18,351 bases of DNA from Carpediemonas membranifera BICM (GCA_019828565.1 JAHDYR010000026.1:1-18351); one strand, 5' to 3'. Shown: positions 1 through 9,105, counted from the first letter of the stretch. The notes: generated by a model from the letters alone, not told the origin. A program made the numbers and translations.

Positions 1-885
1 TCATGATGATCCGCATCAGGGACTGGTTCGCCAGGGTTCGGAGATAGGATGGCTGGCGATCAGCGAGATCGGGAGTGATGCGGGTCAGGGTCGCTACCAC
101 GACGTCGACCGTAGATCGGGAGAAACAGCCGGACGTGACACCGTCAGAGGCGAGCAGAGCCTCGGCGAGGGCAACATCGGCAGGTGAGTCGATCTCAAAG
201 TGGGACCGCAGTGCACGGCCCACGACGGCGTCGGTGACGAAGTCCGTCAGGAGCAAGAGGGACTGACGCGTCATGAGGTCCCCAGCCTCATCGCCAGCGC
301 TGAAGACCTGTCCGGTCCTCAGACGGGACAGCATGCCCTGGAGGGGCAGCTCGAAGCAGTTCGAGACGCGACCAGAGACCGAAGCGATTACGGTCTGGAA
401 ACGGGCTTCCCGCTCCGCCAGGTCCGCCCGATGAGGTCCTTGGAGGTGCCCGCGGAGCAGCTGGCGGGTGACGGGGCGGTTGGAGGTCCGGCGCTGGGCG
501 GCCTCAACCGTGCTGACAGCATGACCAGCTTGGGCAGAACAAGTGGCGACAGCCACGACGCGTCCGGTCAAGGTGCGACGCGTACCTTCATCGTCGACGA
601 CAACACCCGTTACGCGGCGGATATCCTCAGGTGGGTGCCGGCGGGTGATCGCGCGAGCCGCAGGACCTCGATGACGACGTCCTGTGGCGATGACGGCTCA
701 ACAATGGGTGCTGAGGAAGATTCCTCGGGACGAGCACGTCTCTGGGGCATATCGGTGCTGTCCGGCACGAGCACGGACTGGTGTTTGCGCTTCAGAGCGC
801 GGAGACGTTCAGCAACGGGCAGATTGCCGTCATTTCCAGCAAGATCAGCGATCAGTGCGTCCAAATCATGCACAAGGTTCTCCAT
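1..885 (-). pseudogene. Unknown protein-coding region, one apparent frameshift, runs off the left edge
   Basis: ORF 885-610 (MENLVHDLDALIADL...) overlaps a second minus-strand frame that is open from ~698 to position 1 (AITRRHPPEDIRRVTG...LLTDFVTDAVVGRALRSHFEID...), with C/G-ending codon bias. No family recognised. Confidence 0.45.
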
Positions 886-1499
886 TAGGCCGTATGGAAG
901 TATTAACCGCGGTCAAAACTTCATTTACGTGTTACATGATACAAAAACGTAGGACCTGGGTCATGACCAGGACTCCACACAGCTAAGTCAGGACGCTGAA
1001 TAGCATGGTGCAACGCGTAATTTACGAAAGCAGACGGGTTAGGCAGAATTCGCCGACCGAGAAAGGGTCCGTTTGGTGAACCCCGATGAACGCTTGTTGA
1101 GGACGATAAGTCCGCAAAATCACGATATTTATACGTCTATGAGACGAATACTGATGTTGTTAGTGTTATAGAGCAATATTCGCGGCGTCCCAACTGTCGA
1201 TGAACGAGAAAAGCAAAAAAATGCCATATCTCGGCAGCGAAGAGGCTTTGAGGCCTCTAGAGGCGTTATTCGAACGCTATGTAAGAATGAGGGCTTTCAA
1301 GGCCGCATACCATGGTGGTTTCGAACTGAAGCCATTTGTGCATTTTAAGGATCCGAATGAACTAATCGACGACCATACGGCCCAGTAATGGCCCGTGGGA
1401 GGGCGGTAAGCCCGGGTAAGACTAACCCTTGAGCGTATGACGCAATACTTACACAGTGGTACCACGAAATTCTGAGTCAATCAATTTGGAGATACGTCA

Positions 1500-1815
1500 C
1501 CACAGAACAACTACGGTTGTACCGGACACCCTTACGTGGCAGTAAGAGTGTGTCAACGGTGTTCCGGCTGCTGTGCTACCCACAGTTAGCGACGGTGAAG
1601 CAAGGGTTACCGAGCTAAGGCAGAGTACCCTTCCCGGGCACTGGGCTATTCCCCAGCCGCCAACGGTGAAGTAGGTTAGCACAGGATTTCCCCTGTGAGG
1701 CCTACCGGCACAAGTTATTCATACTCAAGTCAGTTGAGCATGGAGGGGCAGTGTCAGTCAGTACAATTTAAGAACATTTATGGATTGACTTCGACACCCC
1801 TGTGTCGAAGTCTAT
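1500..1815 (+). other. Hairpin-rich 5' leader of the non-LTR element
   Basis: Serial stems: CAAC-TACG-GTTG, CTGTG..CACAG, AAGGGT..ACCCTT, CTGGG..CCCAG, GTAGG..CACAGG..CCTGTG..CCTAC, CTCAA..TTGAG, and an 11-bp perfect stem GACTTCGACAC-CCCT-GTGTCGAAGTC at 1787-1812. Confidence 0.5.
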
Positions 1816-1870
1816 TCTCCAAGTAAAACAGGTATAGTCAAACCACAGAGCTATCAGATGGAAGGACTTA

Positions 1871-4678
1871 ATGGCTAGGTTCAAGCTCCGGGCAGTGTAC
1901 ACAAGCGACCACACGTACCCATCTGGGAAATCTAGACCGGACTTCGCGATGGTCTCGGAGGGCATCCGAGAAGCAAAGGTGGAGACGGTAGAGCCCCAGA
2001 CAATAGGAGTGTGGGGTTCCTCCCACAAGGCTTTGGTATCAGACTATCGTGGGACGAGCCGAGGTACCCGGAAACTGAGCCCAGGACGGACCGAAGTCCC
2101 GGAGGTCACCACCTGGAAGATGAAGAAGAGAGGAAACCCTACTACCATCAAGACACTTAGGGAGGGACAGTCCATTGACCAATGGGAAGAAGCTATCAGA
2201 ATATCCGTGGGGAAGCCAACCCGGACCAGGGAACCGAAGGAGACGAGCGAAGTCTTCCCCAGCGAAGTATGGAACAAGCTGCAGCGCACAACGTGGTCTG
2301 AGGCAGGCAACACGACAAGGTTGGCTATCATGAAAGACAGGCTATCGGAGTACTGGAACAAGCGTAGAGAGAAATGGGTGGATGAGCTAGGCATGAGCTC
2401 CAAGGAAGGATACAAAACGTCGAGGGCAAACGTCGAGGCGGCGGTCAGACGCTGGTGGTGTGAAAATCAATACAAGGGCATGCCGAGAAGCCTGCTAAAG
2501 GACGGCAAGATCACCACCGACAAAGAAGCTATCAGTGAAATCCTCCTCGAGCAATACGCAAAGGTAAGTAAGGGAGATGAGCCGGAATGGAAAACGTGGC
2601 GGGGCAGAGCTGGGAAGGAGTTTAAGACAGAAGAGATCAGAGAGGCTATCAGACGCATCAAAGCAGACACAGCAACAGGGCCGGACAACACATCAGGAGA
2701 TATGGTTAGGAGCCTGGACAGCTACGGGTACGAACAGCTAACAAAGTTCTTTAACCGAATCTACGAGGAGGGAAGAATACCGGAAGTGTGGAAGTATGCA
2801 ACGGTATCTGCTATCCACAAGACTGGGAAACCCAGAGTCAAGGCGGAATCGTATAGGCCTATCTCGCTAACACCAATCCTGTACAGAGTCTACGGCAGAC
2901 TACTGAAGAAAAGGCTAGAGGATGCCGCATGGAAATTCATACCCAGAGAGCAGGCGGGGTTCCAAGCTAACAAAGATGTGATCCAACAAATCCAATACAT
3001 AGTACAGCGCCATCAAGAAGGAGGGGAAACCACGTCAGTATTCTTGGACATCGAGAAGGCCTATGATACAGTCCCAAGGGACATCTTGATGGACAAGCTA
3101 TACGGGATGGGTGTGAAGGAGCACCTGGTCAGAGCTATCCAGAGCACGCTAACAGAAACGTGGATCTCCGTCAGGGGGGCAAGATCATGGAAGAAGACGA
3201 ACAGAGGAGTGAAGCAAGGGTGTGTACTCGCCCCCACTCTCTTTATCCTATTCATGGCTAACTGGCCCCACCTGGCAAGGAAGATTCATGAGCAGCAGGA
3301 CTACGATATCAGAGAGCCACCGCTACCAGTAACAGGAAGGGACCCGCTACCAGCAGCCCTAACCATGTTTGTCGATGACACCGCTATCACAGGAACCACC
3401 CCAGAGCAGTGCCAGACGGTCTCGAGAATCATGATGAGCATCATCGAGGAGCACAAGATGAGAGCGAATGCGATGAAGAATGTAATGATCAGCGTATCGT
3501 GGGCAGCAAGGGTGAACTTAGGAGGAGTCGGCCTCACCCCGGCGAAGGAAGCTCGGTATCTAGGACTGTGGCTATCCAGTGGACCAGACCCGCTAGCAGC
3601 ATGCATCCAAAAGAAGAGGGAACAGAGCATCAGGTACCAAAGGCTGTGCAGGTGGGCTGGATGGACGAGAAGGGACATGCCGGCAATGGCTAGCAGACTA
3701 CTCCTTGAAATTTATATATGGCCGAGAATCATGTTTGGGGTTGAAGTGTGGGGAAGCCAACCAGGAGGTACGAGAATCTGGAATGAGTGGCAAGGAATCA
3801 TGGCCGGTACAGGAACAGGAGGCGGATCGGCGGTGAGAATACTGAACGGATGGGTCGACCTGCGAGCCCATCTCGAACTGCTAGCAGTGAAGAGGGTGGC
3901 AGCTTTCAGAGACCTGGATATACCAGTCAAGGACAGGAGTTGGAATGAGGGGACAATCATGGGAGAGAGCAGAGAGAGGGCTAACAGAGTGCTCCACAAG
4001 GTAAGGGGCGACGCTACCACAAAGGCCAGGGTAAGCTATGGGAAGGAAAGGATTAGAATGAGCTGGATCAAGAGATGCAAGAGCAAAACAGCCCAGGGGC
4101 TGATGGCGGTCGCGGGGACCCGGAGAATGGCCAGGTGCATGATGGGCAAACCAATCGTCAGAAGGAAACCAATCAAAGGCCAGTCAAGAGCGGATTGGAA
4201 ACGAGTGCTATCAGTAGCGGCAAATGTAAGCCCCTCCCCCTCCTCAGCAGGAAAAGGAGAAGGCCCCCAGAGAGTGCTAGCAAACCTGACCATAGATGAG
4301 GATCTGAAGAGGGAAATTAGCAGAAGGTGCCCACTCTGCTCGGCAACAACGGAGGTCGACCTGTTATGGGAAATCCTGGAAAGGAAACCGGATGACGAGG
4401 AAGAACAGGAGATGATCAGGAAATGGGTCCAAGAACAAGCCCTGGGGTCGGCCGCCCACATCATAGGCGAATGTTCAAAGGTAGACAGAGGGCCCAAGTG
4501 GAGTAGATGGTGGGAAGCAGCGAAGTCCAAAACAGAATACCTAGCTATCAGATCAGGACCGGATGGAGACTGGTACAACGAAAGGCCGATATTAGAACTG
4601 CAACAGCTTATCCTCTGGGAGAAGGAAGAGATATGGGAGGGGCTGAAGAAGGGACTCCAGGCCCTAGGAGAGGTGTGA
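1871..4678 (+). CDS. Non-LTR reverse transcriptase (935 aa) with N-terminal APE remnant and C-terminal CCHC-type zinc motif
   Basis: RT motifs ATGPD, IPEVWK..VSAIHKTGK, YRPISL, EQAGF, FLDIEKAYDTV, GVKQGCVLAPTLF, FVDD, YLG. N-terminal HTY..SRPDF...SSH resembles the APE C-terminus. CPLC...HIIGEC near the C-terminus. No RNase H motif seen. Confidence 0.95.
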   Translation: MARFKLRAVYTSDHTYPSGKSRPDFAMVSEGIREAKVETVEPQTIGVWGSSHKALVSDYRGTSRGTRKLSPGRTEVPEVTTWKMKKRGNPTTIKTLREGQSIDQWEEAIRISVGKPTRTREPKETSEVFPSEVWNKLQRTTWSEAGNTTRLAIMKDRLSEYWNKRREKWVDELGMSSKEGYKTSRANVEAAVRRWWCENQYKGMPRSLLKDGKITTDKEAISEILLEQYAKVSKGDEPEWKTWRGRAGKEFKTEEIREAIRRIKADTATGPDNTSGDMVRSLDSYGYEQLTKFFNRIYEEGRIPEVWKYATVSAIHKTGKPRVKAESYRPISLTPILYRVYGRLLKKRLEDAAWKFIPREQAGFQANKDVIQQIQYIVQRHQEGGETTSVFLDIEKAYDTVPRDILMDKLYGMGVKEHLVRAIQSTLTETWISVRGARSWKKTNRGVKQGCVLAPTLFILFMANWPHLARKIHEQQDYDIREPPLPVTGRDPLPAALTMFVDDTAITGTTPEQCQTVSRIMMSIIEEHKMRANAMKNVMISVSWAARVNLGGVGLTPAKEARYLGLWLSSGPDPLAACIQKKREQSIRYQRLCRWAGWTRRDMPAMASRLLLEIYIWPRIMFGVEVWGSQPGGTRIWNEWQGIMAGTGTGGGSAVRILNGWVDLRAHLELLAVKRVAAFRDLDIPVKDRSWNEGTIMGESRERANRVLHKVRGDATTKARVSYGKERIRMSWIKRCKSKTAQGLMAVAGTRRMARCMMGKPIVRRKPIKGQSRADWKRVLSVAANVSPSPSSAGKGEGPQRVLANLTIDEDLKREISRRCPLCSATTEVDLLWEILERKPDDEEEQEMIRKWVQEQALGSAAHIIGECSKVDRGPKWSRWWEAAKSKTEYLAIRSGPDGDWYNERPILELQQLILWEKEEIWEGLKKGLQALGEV

Positions 4679-5528
4679 ACAGCTACAAGAAGTAAAGAGA
4701 CTATCAGACACATGAGCTAGCAGAACAAGGGTACGCTAACAACAATATCAGGAACAAGTATAAAGCACCAAAGCAAACAGAAAATCAGATGTCAGACAAA
4801 TCCACACAGTGGTTGCACCATTCAAAGGGCACCAAAGGAAGCGGATAGCACTAGTCATGGGTCCGGAGGGCAACGATAGCCCTGCCGCCCTTGTTAACGA
4901 GAAATGAAACCAGAAATATGTAGCACAAGAGAACTGTTGTAAGGGGGGAAGGACAAACGGGCCTAGCGCCCGGGTGGTTACGCCACCCCCGCCGGAACCC
5001 ACGCCGCAGCTAACAGGTAGTTATCAGGGAAACCGGATAAAAGGGGTCACTGGGCGACAGTCCAAGTCCACGCATATGCTATCAAGGTAGTCACCAGGGA
5101 CTTAGCAGCTTTCCCCGCCCACGGGTAGACCACGTAACTGGGTCGTGGGGGCATAGGACTGGGGCACTGGACAGACGAGAGGGCGCCATGACTGTACGAG
5201 CTATCAGTAACCAGAGGCTAACAGAGACTGCCATAGACAAGGTCTTGCAGGATGAACCTGCCTGTCGAAACGTTGAGGACAGACCCCCAGGCCTACTGAT
5301 CAGTTGCCGGGCTATCAGTATGGACAGGAAAGCACAATGTGCACGGAGATGGCTGAAGGGCCTATGGGGCGATTGGAATCATCTATCAGTGGAGACAGTA
5401 GCACCTGAGCCCGAAGTGAGCGCGGCTGACAAGCGAGCGGAGGGCACAGGCAGTACCCCGGATCACCTGGCTCCCGGATAATGGGAAGGCAAAGTCGGGT
5501 CCGGGGTCAGATACCAAGCAATCTTAAA
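4679..5528 (+). ncRNA. Long structured 3' UTR of the non-LTR element
   Basis: Aligns by eye with the reverse complement of 17830-18351, with compensatory stem changes and frame-breaking indels (see findings). Confidence 0.65.
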
Positions 5529-5548
5529 TTTCTTTCTTTCTTTCTTTC
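5529..5548 (+). repeat. (TTTC)5 3' tail of the non-LTR element
   Basis: Five tandem TTTC units directly after the conserved TAAA end. The same tail type occurs as a GAAA repeat at 17812-17829. Confidence 0.95.
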
Positions 5549-5694
5549 CTATCGTAAACACTCTTCGTCTCGCATTTGCAAACTGCCCGTACACACTTTG
5601 GCAGCAAGACGCCGGAGACTTTCGCCGATGGAGACGGGGCGCGGCTCGCCCTCTTTTGGGCGGGGAAAGTGTCAGAAGTGTCAGATGTGTTAGA

Positions 5695-6630
5695 ACTCGA
5701 CGCCGCCAACTTTCGAATCAACACCAAGACAAAAACCATCCTCGCAGCCCGAAGCATCGATTATCTCGGTTGGCATGTCTCCGCCGAAGGGAAAATCCAT
5801 CTCGACCGATCGTCTAGAACCTATCGCGCACTCAAGGCTCCCTCAAGCATCTCTGAGGTACGCAGCCTCTTGGGCCTCGTCAACAATTTCCGCCCGATGA
5901 TACCGAGCTTCGCTGAGACAGCAGAGCCAATCATAGCACTAACGCGATCCGGCGTCGCGTGGCGCTGGGAGGCCCCGCAAGAGCAAGCCCTCGAGCGGAT
6001 CAAGGAGACCCTCCTCGACAACATGGACCTTGTCGCATCTAATGAGTAATTCAAATAAATCGAGTTCAGCACGACAGACCTCGCCCACCCGAAAACCCAA
6101 ACCAGCCCCTTCACCTTTATACTGACGCGAGCGACATAGGCATAGGTGCGGTGCTCATTACCGGGACCGGCTCAGGGATGAAAGTCGTCTCCTATTTTTC
6201 CAAGACCCTGACCCCCGTTCAACGTAGGTGGTCCACCTATGAACAAGAAGGTTTCGCTATTATGTCAGTGATTGCTCAGGCACAACACTTTCTCAGGGGT
6301 CGCCACTTCACACTGCATACCGACCACCGCAATCTGGTCTTTATGGCCGCCACAGCACCAAAGGTCCAGAGGTGGCGCCTGCAGCTCCAGACATACGAGT
6401 TCGACATTTTGCATGTGGCTGGCACCGACAACGGCGCCGCCGACGCACTTAGTCGCCTTCTATCCGTCACCCTACTCCCATCCGAACGGGAGGAGCTAAT
6501 TATGCATTTTCACGGCCGCCGTGGAGGCCATGTCGGGTACAGGGCCGTTGTAGAGCATCTCAGAGAGGCAGGTCACACTTGGAAAGGCATGGTAGCCGAC
6601 ACTAGACACTCCTCTTCACTTGCCCGAAAT
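5695..6630 (+). pseudogene. Decayed Ty3/gypsy pol fragment (RT thumb/connection, RNase H, start of integrase zinc finger)
   Basis: IDYLGWHVS, EVRSLLGLVNNFRPMIPSFA, LYTDASDIGIGAVL, YEQEGFAI, LHTDHRNL, AADALSR, H..GGHVG...TCPK. Stops at 6047 and 6056 plus frameshifts. Cut at ~6630. Confidence 0.9.
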
Positions 6631-6814
6631 CTTTATTTACGTTTGCCTGGTGTCGGACCCAGGTCTGAGCTGCTTTCCCATTATCCTGGAGCTGAGTGAT
6701 CAGGGGTACTGCCTCCGTCTGAGTCCAAGCTTGTCTCCGGTTTCGGTGCTACTGTCACTGCTTAGTCCCGATTCCAATTGCCCCATAGGCTCTTTGGCCT
6801 TCTCTGTGCATCTC
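6631..6814 (-). mobile_element. 5'-truncated 3'-end copy of the non-LTR family
   Basis: Close match to ~17830-18021 and to the reverse complement of ~5340-5528 (shared TTCCCATTATCC, GGTGCTACTGTC, GATTCCAAT.GCCCC). Confidence 0.9.
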
Positions 6815-7320
6815 ATTATGAACGATAACGGAGTTCAGAACATTCAGTCTTAAGTTACAATCCATTGGTGGCGGGACCGCTCCCCGGTGGACGCCAGAAA
6901 GAGGGAGGAGGTCAGGGACCTTTGGCCTCCCCCGGCAAAAATCGCGCGCAGCCTTGTTGCCTCATCCACGCTAACCCGCAATATCACCAACTATTGGCTG
7001 ATTGCCGGGCGAACCTCGGTAGAAGGGAGCACGAAGGAGGGTCAGCGCAGCGCGAACACATCCCCGAAAGGAGCCCAGGGAGATAATTACGTCGCCCCTC
7101 CCCCATCCTCGAACAAGGACGACGAGGCCGACAACGGGCTTGTCTCAGCAGGGGCTGGACGCGCCCCCTCAGTCGGCCACGGGCGAACGAGGGAACCCGT
7201 CCCAGGCCGAGAGCCAAAAGGCCAGCAACGTCATCGCTTCAGTGGGGGCTGACCGCGGCCCCTCCTTATTATTATGATTGATCTTTACTGTTATAAACGA
7301 AAGCGCGACGTATCATTCCA

Positions 7321-8296
7321 CTACCTGAGGTGGGGTGGCGTGTAGCGGCCGTACCGCGTGCTGTCGCTGATGTCTAAGAGGTGGTCGACCAGAAGGCTCT
7401 CCAGCTCTGTCCCGGCGATCTTGCGGTGGATGTGCTTCACAACGGGCATCACCTGGCCGACGGTGGCGGCGGGGAGGAAGTCGGCGCCGATGACCTTCAT
7501 GAGCGCGCCCTTGGTACAGCTTCCCGCGGCCAGCTCGAGGATGCGGTCCTTAGCGAGCATGACGCGGGCCACGATTACGTATATGTTGAGGTGATGGCCG
7601 AACTCGAAGAACATGTCCCCAGAGGTCGAGCACCATCACCTCGAACTCCGCGATGCCGGCCACACGGGTATTGGACGAGAATGACATCACTGGGGCAAAC
7701 GCCCAGGTGGTGATGCCGCCGTAACCTATGGCGAGCCGGTTGACGTCCGCGGCGGGGTCGGCGTCCGGGTCAGGCGGCGTGTAGATGAGCCCGTGCTTGC
7801 GGAGGACGTCGCACACGGGACCGAACTCGGGCTCGGTCGACATGGCGTCGAAGAGGGCGTTGAGGAGGTTGACGCCGATGTGGACGCCCTTGAGATTTGC
7901 AAGGACATATGTGGGGCATACCGAGGCGCACAGGCGGGAGTAGCCGTAGAACGCGGCTACCTCATTGAGCGAGTAGAGCAGGATGGCGGCGTACACGTTC
8001 ATACCCTGGACGTAGACGTCCTTCTCGGCAACGGAGTCGCCACGGATAGTCCTTTCTTGGAGCGCATGTATGGCAGACGCATTGAGAAGGCGGTTCAGGC
8101 GGTCCTCGGGGACTTTGTCCGTAAATGCGCGATCAAGGCTTTTGAACGTTCTTTTCGCGTCCCCGGCGATCTTTGTTGCAATCTCGAAACACGGGCCATG
8201 CGAGACGAGGTTTTTGTAGTATTCTATCGCGCTGTCGTCTAGGGGTGGGAGATGAAGTCTCTTGTATATGTGTATCCTCCTGTCTGAACAGAACAT
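7321..8296 (-). CDS. BUB2: Bub2/Cdc16-like TBC-domain GTPase-activating protein (one +1 frameshift at 7617-7620; true start uncertain)
   Basis: YKNLVSHGP..KIAGDAKRTF (D..R arginine finger), YVQGMNVYAA (glutamine finger), CPTY..NLKGVHIG, WAFAPVMS. Removing one G gives LWDMFFEFGHHLNIYVIVA, which matches the Bub2 C-terminal pattern (ORF 7321-7614). Confidence 0.8.
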
Positions 8297-8306
8297 GTTC
8301 AGCGTC

Positions 8307-8311
8307 GAGAC
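8307..8311 (+). repeat. Left target-site duplication GAGAC
   Basis: Same 5-mer at 12986-12990 flanking the element. Confidence 0.95.
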
Positions 8312-8365
8312 TGTAGCGATCATTAAAGTGCACCCCCGATCACTCGGAAGTCTACTGAGACTACA
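8312..8365 (+). repeat. 5' LTR (54 bp)
   Basis: TGTAGCGATCATTAAAGTGCACCCCCGATCACTCGGAAGTCTACTGAGACTACA, with TGTAG/CTACA terminal inverted repeat. Identical to 12932-12985. Confidence 0.96.
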
Positions 8366-8389
8366 GAAGCTTCTCCAGCAAACAAAGTA

Positions 8390-9105
8390 ATGACTACCGA
8401 TATTAACGCCCCGCACGAACGAAATCTCGTTCTTTGGGCGGCGTTCACCGATCAGATGAAAACCTATTTCCAAACAACCACGAAACCGGACCCCCTGCGA
8501 CATTTCCTAACGCCTGGTCCCGTAGAAGACTTTATTCGCGGCTACTTCAAGCCCGGCACAGTTTACGCGGATATCAACGACAAGGGTGTGAAGATGTTGA
8601 CCTGCGACGATCTGTTTGAGTACTTGGTTACCGAGCTGGTGCCCTATTCCAGGGACCGCACGGTCAAGAGCGATACCGCCAACACCAAGACTCCCTCACC
8701 GGACGCCATCAGCAAGAAGCGCCAAGAGCTGGAGACACTCGAGCGCGCCATTGTCCTCTTCAAGAGTATCGGCACCGAGCTCACTTCAGAAGAGAAGGCT
8801 GATATGCAGACAACCGCCCGCGAGGCTATCAAGCTTGTGAAAGAGCTGCAAGCCCTCGAGGCGAACGCCGAGATACCGTCGGTTAAGGAGAACAAGTAAC
8901 CCGTCTTGAATCGCGCCCAGGCTCTCGCCACCCAGGCAGAGCATTTCTTCTGGCTGATACGCGACCTCTTGGACTTTTCGATTGCCGAAAGTCTGGAGAT
9001 TCTCCGGGCCGTTCCCAGCCCCATTTACACCTCCGACAAGCTCGCAACGAGCCGCAGCGTGTTGGAGTACCTCGCCAAATTCCGCTCCACTTATAATTCG
9101 TTTTT
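8390..9105 (+). CDS. gag: Gag N-terminal/capsid region (in-frame TAA at 8897-8899; shifts -1 into the pol frame near 9097-9105)
   Basis: ATG 24 nt after the LTR. The same frame continues after the TAA and contains the MHR-like SVLEYLAKFR. Confidence 0.75.

Larger units (their letters stand above)
1389..5548 (+). mobile_element. Non-LTR retrotransposon (APE-lineage RT, vestigial endonuclease, single ORF); 5' boundary approximate
   Basis: Non-LTR RT ORF, purine-rich sense strand and a long 3' UTR ending in (TTTC)5. The 3' end is homologous to two other copies in the window. No TSD found, so the 5' end is a guess. Confidence 0.85.

Noticed and set aside
1092-1118. Hammerhead-like TTGTTGAG-GAC-GATAA-GTC-CGCAAA
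   Set aside because: Both catalytic core motifs (CUGANGA and GAAA) are mismatched, and flanking stems I/III are not evident.
1389-1720. HDV-like ribozyme at the LINE 5' end
   Set aside because: Could not find nested P1/P2/P3 with the L3 UCC.CG and J4/2 C-R-A signatures.
1871-4678. Bacterial retron, group II intron, DGR or CRISPR-associated RT system
   Set aside because: RT motifs, APE remnant, CCHC tail and eukaryotic neighbours indicate a non-LTR retrotransposon. No D5/D6, msr-msd, TR/VR or repeat-spacer array seen.
5188-5481. 97-aa ORF in the LINE 3' region as a second gene
   Set aside because: The homologous copy at 17812-18351 has frame-breaking indels and a stop, while stems are conserved.
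5470-5495. SRP-RNA helix 8-like CAGG...AGCAG in the 3' UTR copies
   Set aside because: No GNRA-capped short stem between the motifs, and copy 1 lacks them.
5658-5695. 12-nt inverted match to 5109-5120 and three tandem GTGTYAGAW 9-mers
   Set aside because: A 12-nt match is expected by chance in an 18-kb self-comparison. The 9-mers look like a local junction duplication.
6818-7252. Plus-strand ORF(s) converging on Bub2, and TGGTGGCG as a PBS
   Set aside because: No recognisable motif, an internal stop at 6851, and no supportable LTR upstream.
8312-8385. Tf1-style self-priming
   Set aside because: Only ~6 bp with wobble pairs between GCTTCT and the LTR GGAAGT, too weak.
6851-8899. TAA reassigned as a sense codon (in-frame TAAs at 6851 and 8897; well-supported genes end in TAG/TGA)
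   Set aside because: Thousands of codons in intact ORFs contain no TAA, and the sample of stop codons is too small. Mutation or error is more parsimonious.
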